This document shows, in pieces, positions 60,290 to 64,000 of a stretch of DNA of 64,000 bases. The stretch's first letter is position 1. Each line of letters opens with the position of its first letter. The notes beneath the pieces are model-generated. The model did not search any database, had not been told where the DNA came from, and saw only the letters and a list, made by a program, of their open reading frames with translations. Made by a program: the position numbers and the translations under genes. The stretch is from Chlorokybus atmophyticus (lineage: Eukaryota; Plantae; Mesostigma and Chlorokybus algae), in the NCBI GenBank assembly GCA_009103225.1, contig RHPI01002069.1, positions 1,470,744-1,534,743 of the forward strand, in the 5' to 3' direction.

Positions 60290-63200
60290 TCAGAAGATAT
60301 CGATGCAACCCAACAATGTTGTTTGAGTTGAACCTGGAGACGTGATGTGGTATCGCTGTGCAGTAGCGCTCTGAACAGCCAGTGAACATCGTAGTCAAGT
60401 TACTAGCCAATAACCCACCACAACCGTGATGTCCATAGTATGTTTGCGCATCACCTATTGTGCAGCACTAAGTCACATTACATGTGCTGTGTAGCAACCA
60501 AGTATGCAAAGTGTTTCCCTTTTCTAGCTTGGCCTTGACACACTGTTATGCATTCCCTCTTGCATCTTTTGTACACATGGACGTATCGCAAAGTACAAGC
60601 ACTTTCAATCACATGCATGTGCCATCCCGCTGCGACTTGTTTGTACATGGACTCCCAACAAATGTGCAATAGCACCATTCATTCACCAGGCCGGATGACG
60701 TTAAACGGCATGTTGCAGCAGAAAGTGACTCGTCTAGCCGCCAGGGCTTGGCCACATGGCGGCGGCATTGACGGCAGCGGTGGAGAGCTGCGTCTTGCTT
60801 GCGCGCAAGCAAGCAAGCAAACCACGCACAAGCACGCATATGTATAAGGTATGTGTCGTGTGGAAATACCAAGCACAATAACACAGCAACACAAGGCAAG
60901 CTAGCATGCAGGAGACGGCTACATTAAGACAATAAGGGCTGATTAAATTATGTGCTGTAAGTGCAAGCGGGCGGGGCAGCGGGCAGACAATGGAAAGACT
61001 TGCCCTATTGATTATCAAGCGCATGACCAACCTGAAGCACAGAGGCACAGGGGCGAAGGTCTGGACTCATAAAGTGCAAACCGCAGCAAGACAGCGGTAG
61101 AGCACGGGGTGGGGGTGGAGCGAGGCGGAAAGTGCTATGCAATGTTCGTGTACCAAAGATGCAAGAGGCAATTGTGCGCACGCCGATGTACAACAATGCG
61201 CTGCTTATAGCGCATCAACCATGCCAGCAACGCGGCGTGGCGCTGACCATGTTGCAATTCATTATCGATTGGCATTGCCCGCCATGGCCAAGCTTGCGTC
61301 TTGTCAACCGCAATCCACTGCTTGAACCATGAACGACGGCGGTGGGGCGCGGATGCTTCAAATGTCTTTCATTTCGGTTGCGCAGCAGGCCCAACGAGGG
61401 GCTAGGCCCGGCAGAGGAAGGCCGACCTAGGTCAGAGGAGGGCATCGACTAAGTCTGGGCAGCGTGGAGAACATGTGCACTGCGGTCTGGCACAACGGGT
61501 CAGAGTTGCGAAAATTATAATAAGGCTCATGGCTCATACCCAAGTATGAGCAAGTGCGCCAATGTTTGTTATATCATGTAACAATGCAATAATGCTGCTT
61601 TCACGCATGACAATGCATCAACTTCATTCATAGCTAAGATGCATGTGCATGTGCGCACGGGCGCGCGGAGCTTGTGTGTGCATGCGCGCGTGTTCTCTGA
61701 TGTCTTTGTGCCACAAGGATAGTGTGAGCCTTTATGCACGTGTGTTCGTTTTACCACGGTGGATAAATATAAGGCGTGTACGATACCTCGTTGTTGTCGT
61801 TTGTACGCATGCGAGTGCACGTGCGACAGTTTAAACTATCGCACATGCACTCGCATTGCATATGTGCATAATCTTGCGTATATCGATGCGTGTCTATTGG
61901 TGCCCTTATGAGCGTTGACTATAGTATGCGCGTGTGGTTGTTCATGAGTTGTGCTTCAAGCAGTATCTAGTGCGTGCGATGGTCTTGCGTGTGCACTAGC
62001 GTTGTGTTATAGGTTTAACAACGCTCGTTTTGGAACGCAATCAATGTGGCAGCGGAATCTTTGCCATCTTTGCCATCTTTGCCATCTTATATTGGGCACA
62101 TCATTGGCTAAGTTTGCTTACCATCAACAATATCAAATGGGATCATGTGTGTGCATTGGCAATTTATTTGTAAATTCAATGCCAATGGATATTACATTAA
62201 TGCCGAACTTATTGATAGCATGTTCCGAGAATGTGCCTGCAATTGCATAAAACATAGCAAAGTTCGGACCTTCCGCATGGCTGACTTGCGCACGTCCTTG
62301 CTTGAACCCTCATTACAAACCTGTACCTCGCATTCAATACTATCATTGCGACGATTTTCATATTACACCCGTGTTATGATATAAAGCGGCAATAAACATT
62401 ATACTTATTCCTGAACCTTTTGATGACAATGGAGGCACCATTGGTGTGTATACACCGTATACATTGCATAACAACGAAAGTTGCATATGCACACATGTGG
62501 GCGCATGCTTCTTCAAGCATGCAAGCTGCATGTCTGTTGAATTGTTAGGTGAGTGTGGTGCTAGGTGAACTACTGTATGGCAACATATATCAAAAATGCG
62601 GTGACATTATGTGTGTCTTACAGTTGATGACCTTTCATTATCATCACATGCTGCCGAAAAATACGTCGTCCATGCAATGTGTTGGGTTTATATAGACGCA
62701 TTGGGAGTTAACACCCTTGATGTTATGACAGCTTTTGAAAAGGAGCTTAAAATACACGTAGATCTCACAAAAACCTCAACACGTAAGCGCCTTTTGTTTC
62801 CATGGGCAAAATAAAAAGGCTCAATGTAACACTTTTTATCATTTAACAATTGCTCAGCAAATTGCTGCATTAATCTGGTTTTATTGATTAAAACCATGCG
62901 CCAAGCGGGCATTGTTATAACATTAAGATAGCTATTAAACTAATTTCAGTACTTGTATGATAAAATTATTGCCAAACTTTGAACTATTTTCGCGAACCAT
63001 TGATGATGGGTTTGAGTTTATATCATATATGTGCCATATATAACTGAAAGCACAATTTGGTGATAAAAGATGATGCTATATGTTGTTGGCTTATAATGTA
63101 GCATCCTCGTAACACCAATGTCATATGTTAATTGCAGCACAACGTGACCAGTGGGCAATCATTTAACAACATATGCAGTATCAAGCATGTCACGACTACA

Positions 63201-64000
63201 AACCTTGCAATAGCATCACTATGTACTTACAAGGACATGTTTCATCCTCTTGCGCACACATTATCAACATCACAATGCTGCTTGGGCATTAACACAATAG
63301 CACATTGTGCAGCCGCAAGCATACTTATAAGCAAATTAAGATGTTTCACGCCTTCCATCACAATTTGTAGCTGTTTGTGCACGACGGCGCTAAAGCTGCA
63401 CTCCATCACGACAAGCCTCCGCTTATCACCTAAGGGTAATATGCAATCAGATTGTGTCAATCCGATTCTCCACTCATAGCAACCCCTCTGAGCTGTATGT
63501 GTCGCAAATCTTGTGTGTTAATCATATGAGTCCGAGAAGTGCATAAGATGCGCGCCCATGCACTTCAAAATTTGAAAATGAGTTAAACAATTCTTGTGCC
63601 CCTGGTGCTCTAGGCAACAAAGGCACAAGCACTCATTAGGCGTGGGTTGTGATAAATAAGCTCATTATCTAATCGATGGAAACCCTGGCATGGCGGCGCC
63701 ATCTTCTGCATAAGTGGCGATTGTGGTATACTTTGCAATATACGAGCTTCTCGGGTTTCAACATGCTGCGCCAGCAGCCATGGCGTCATTCATATATTGA
63801 AGGTAAAAACAACGCATAAGGTTCGCACCTGACATTATTAATGTAGTTCCCAGAATTGTAGCATAGCTCCCTACGGCAGCCCTTCTGTATAGATCAGCCT
63901 ATATCTGTATACTTGTGCATTGTGTATGTGATGCACTTGGGTGATGGGCGTAGCCACCATGCTATTGACCCATGGAGACCGTCCAGCATGTGCTATGTGT

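Noticed and set aside
63242-63460. D5/primase-helicase-like fragment (GDKRRLVVMEC)
   Set aside because: The match is too short, with upstream stops and no Walker A motif seen in this AT-rich region.

Overview
Intron-rich eukaryotic nuclear DNA from a photosynthetic green-lineage organism, probably a green alga (RbcX, plant-type RBL13 and plastid-targeted genes; the species cannot be determined). Bases 1-13.5 kb are a nest of decayed LTR retroelements. It holds two chromodomain Ty3/Gypsy elements in opposite orientations, several related hairpin-rich LTRs, a gag-like remnant, and a structurally complete 529-bp TRIM (79/78-bp LTRs, PBS, PPT, 5-bp TSD). The rest is gene-dense: an alpha-crystallin-domain gene, a secreted seven-repeat SBBP beta-propeller gene, TTI1, an MDR oxidoreductase, a coiled-coil gene, RBL13 (plus an identical 5' partial copy), an At5g57345-like plastid protein, a CPBP/Abi protease, tRNA-Lys(CUU) and RbcX. 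There is also a full-length but disabled pogo-type DNA transposon with six introns and a related MITE. Exon boundaries were read by eye and family assignments come from recognised motifs; no searches were run.
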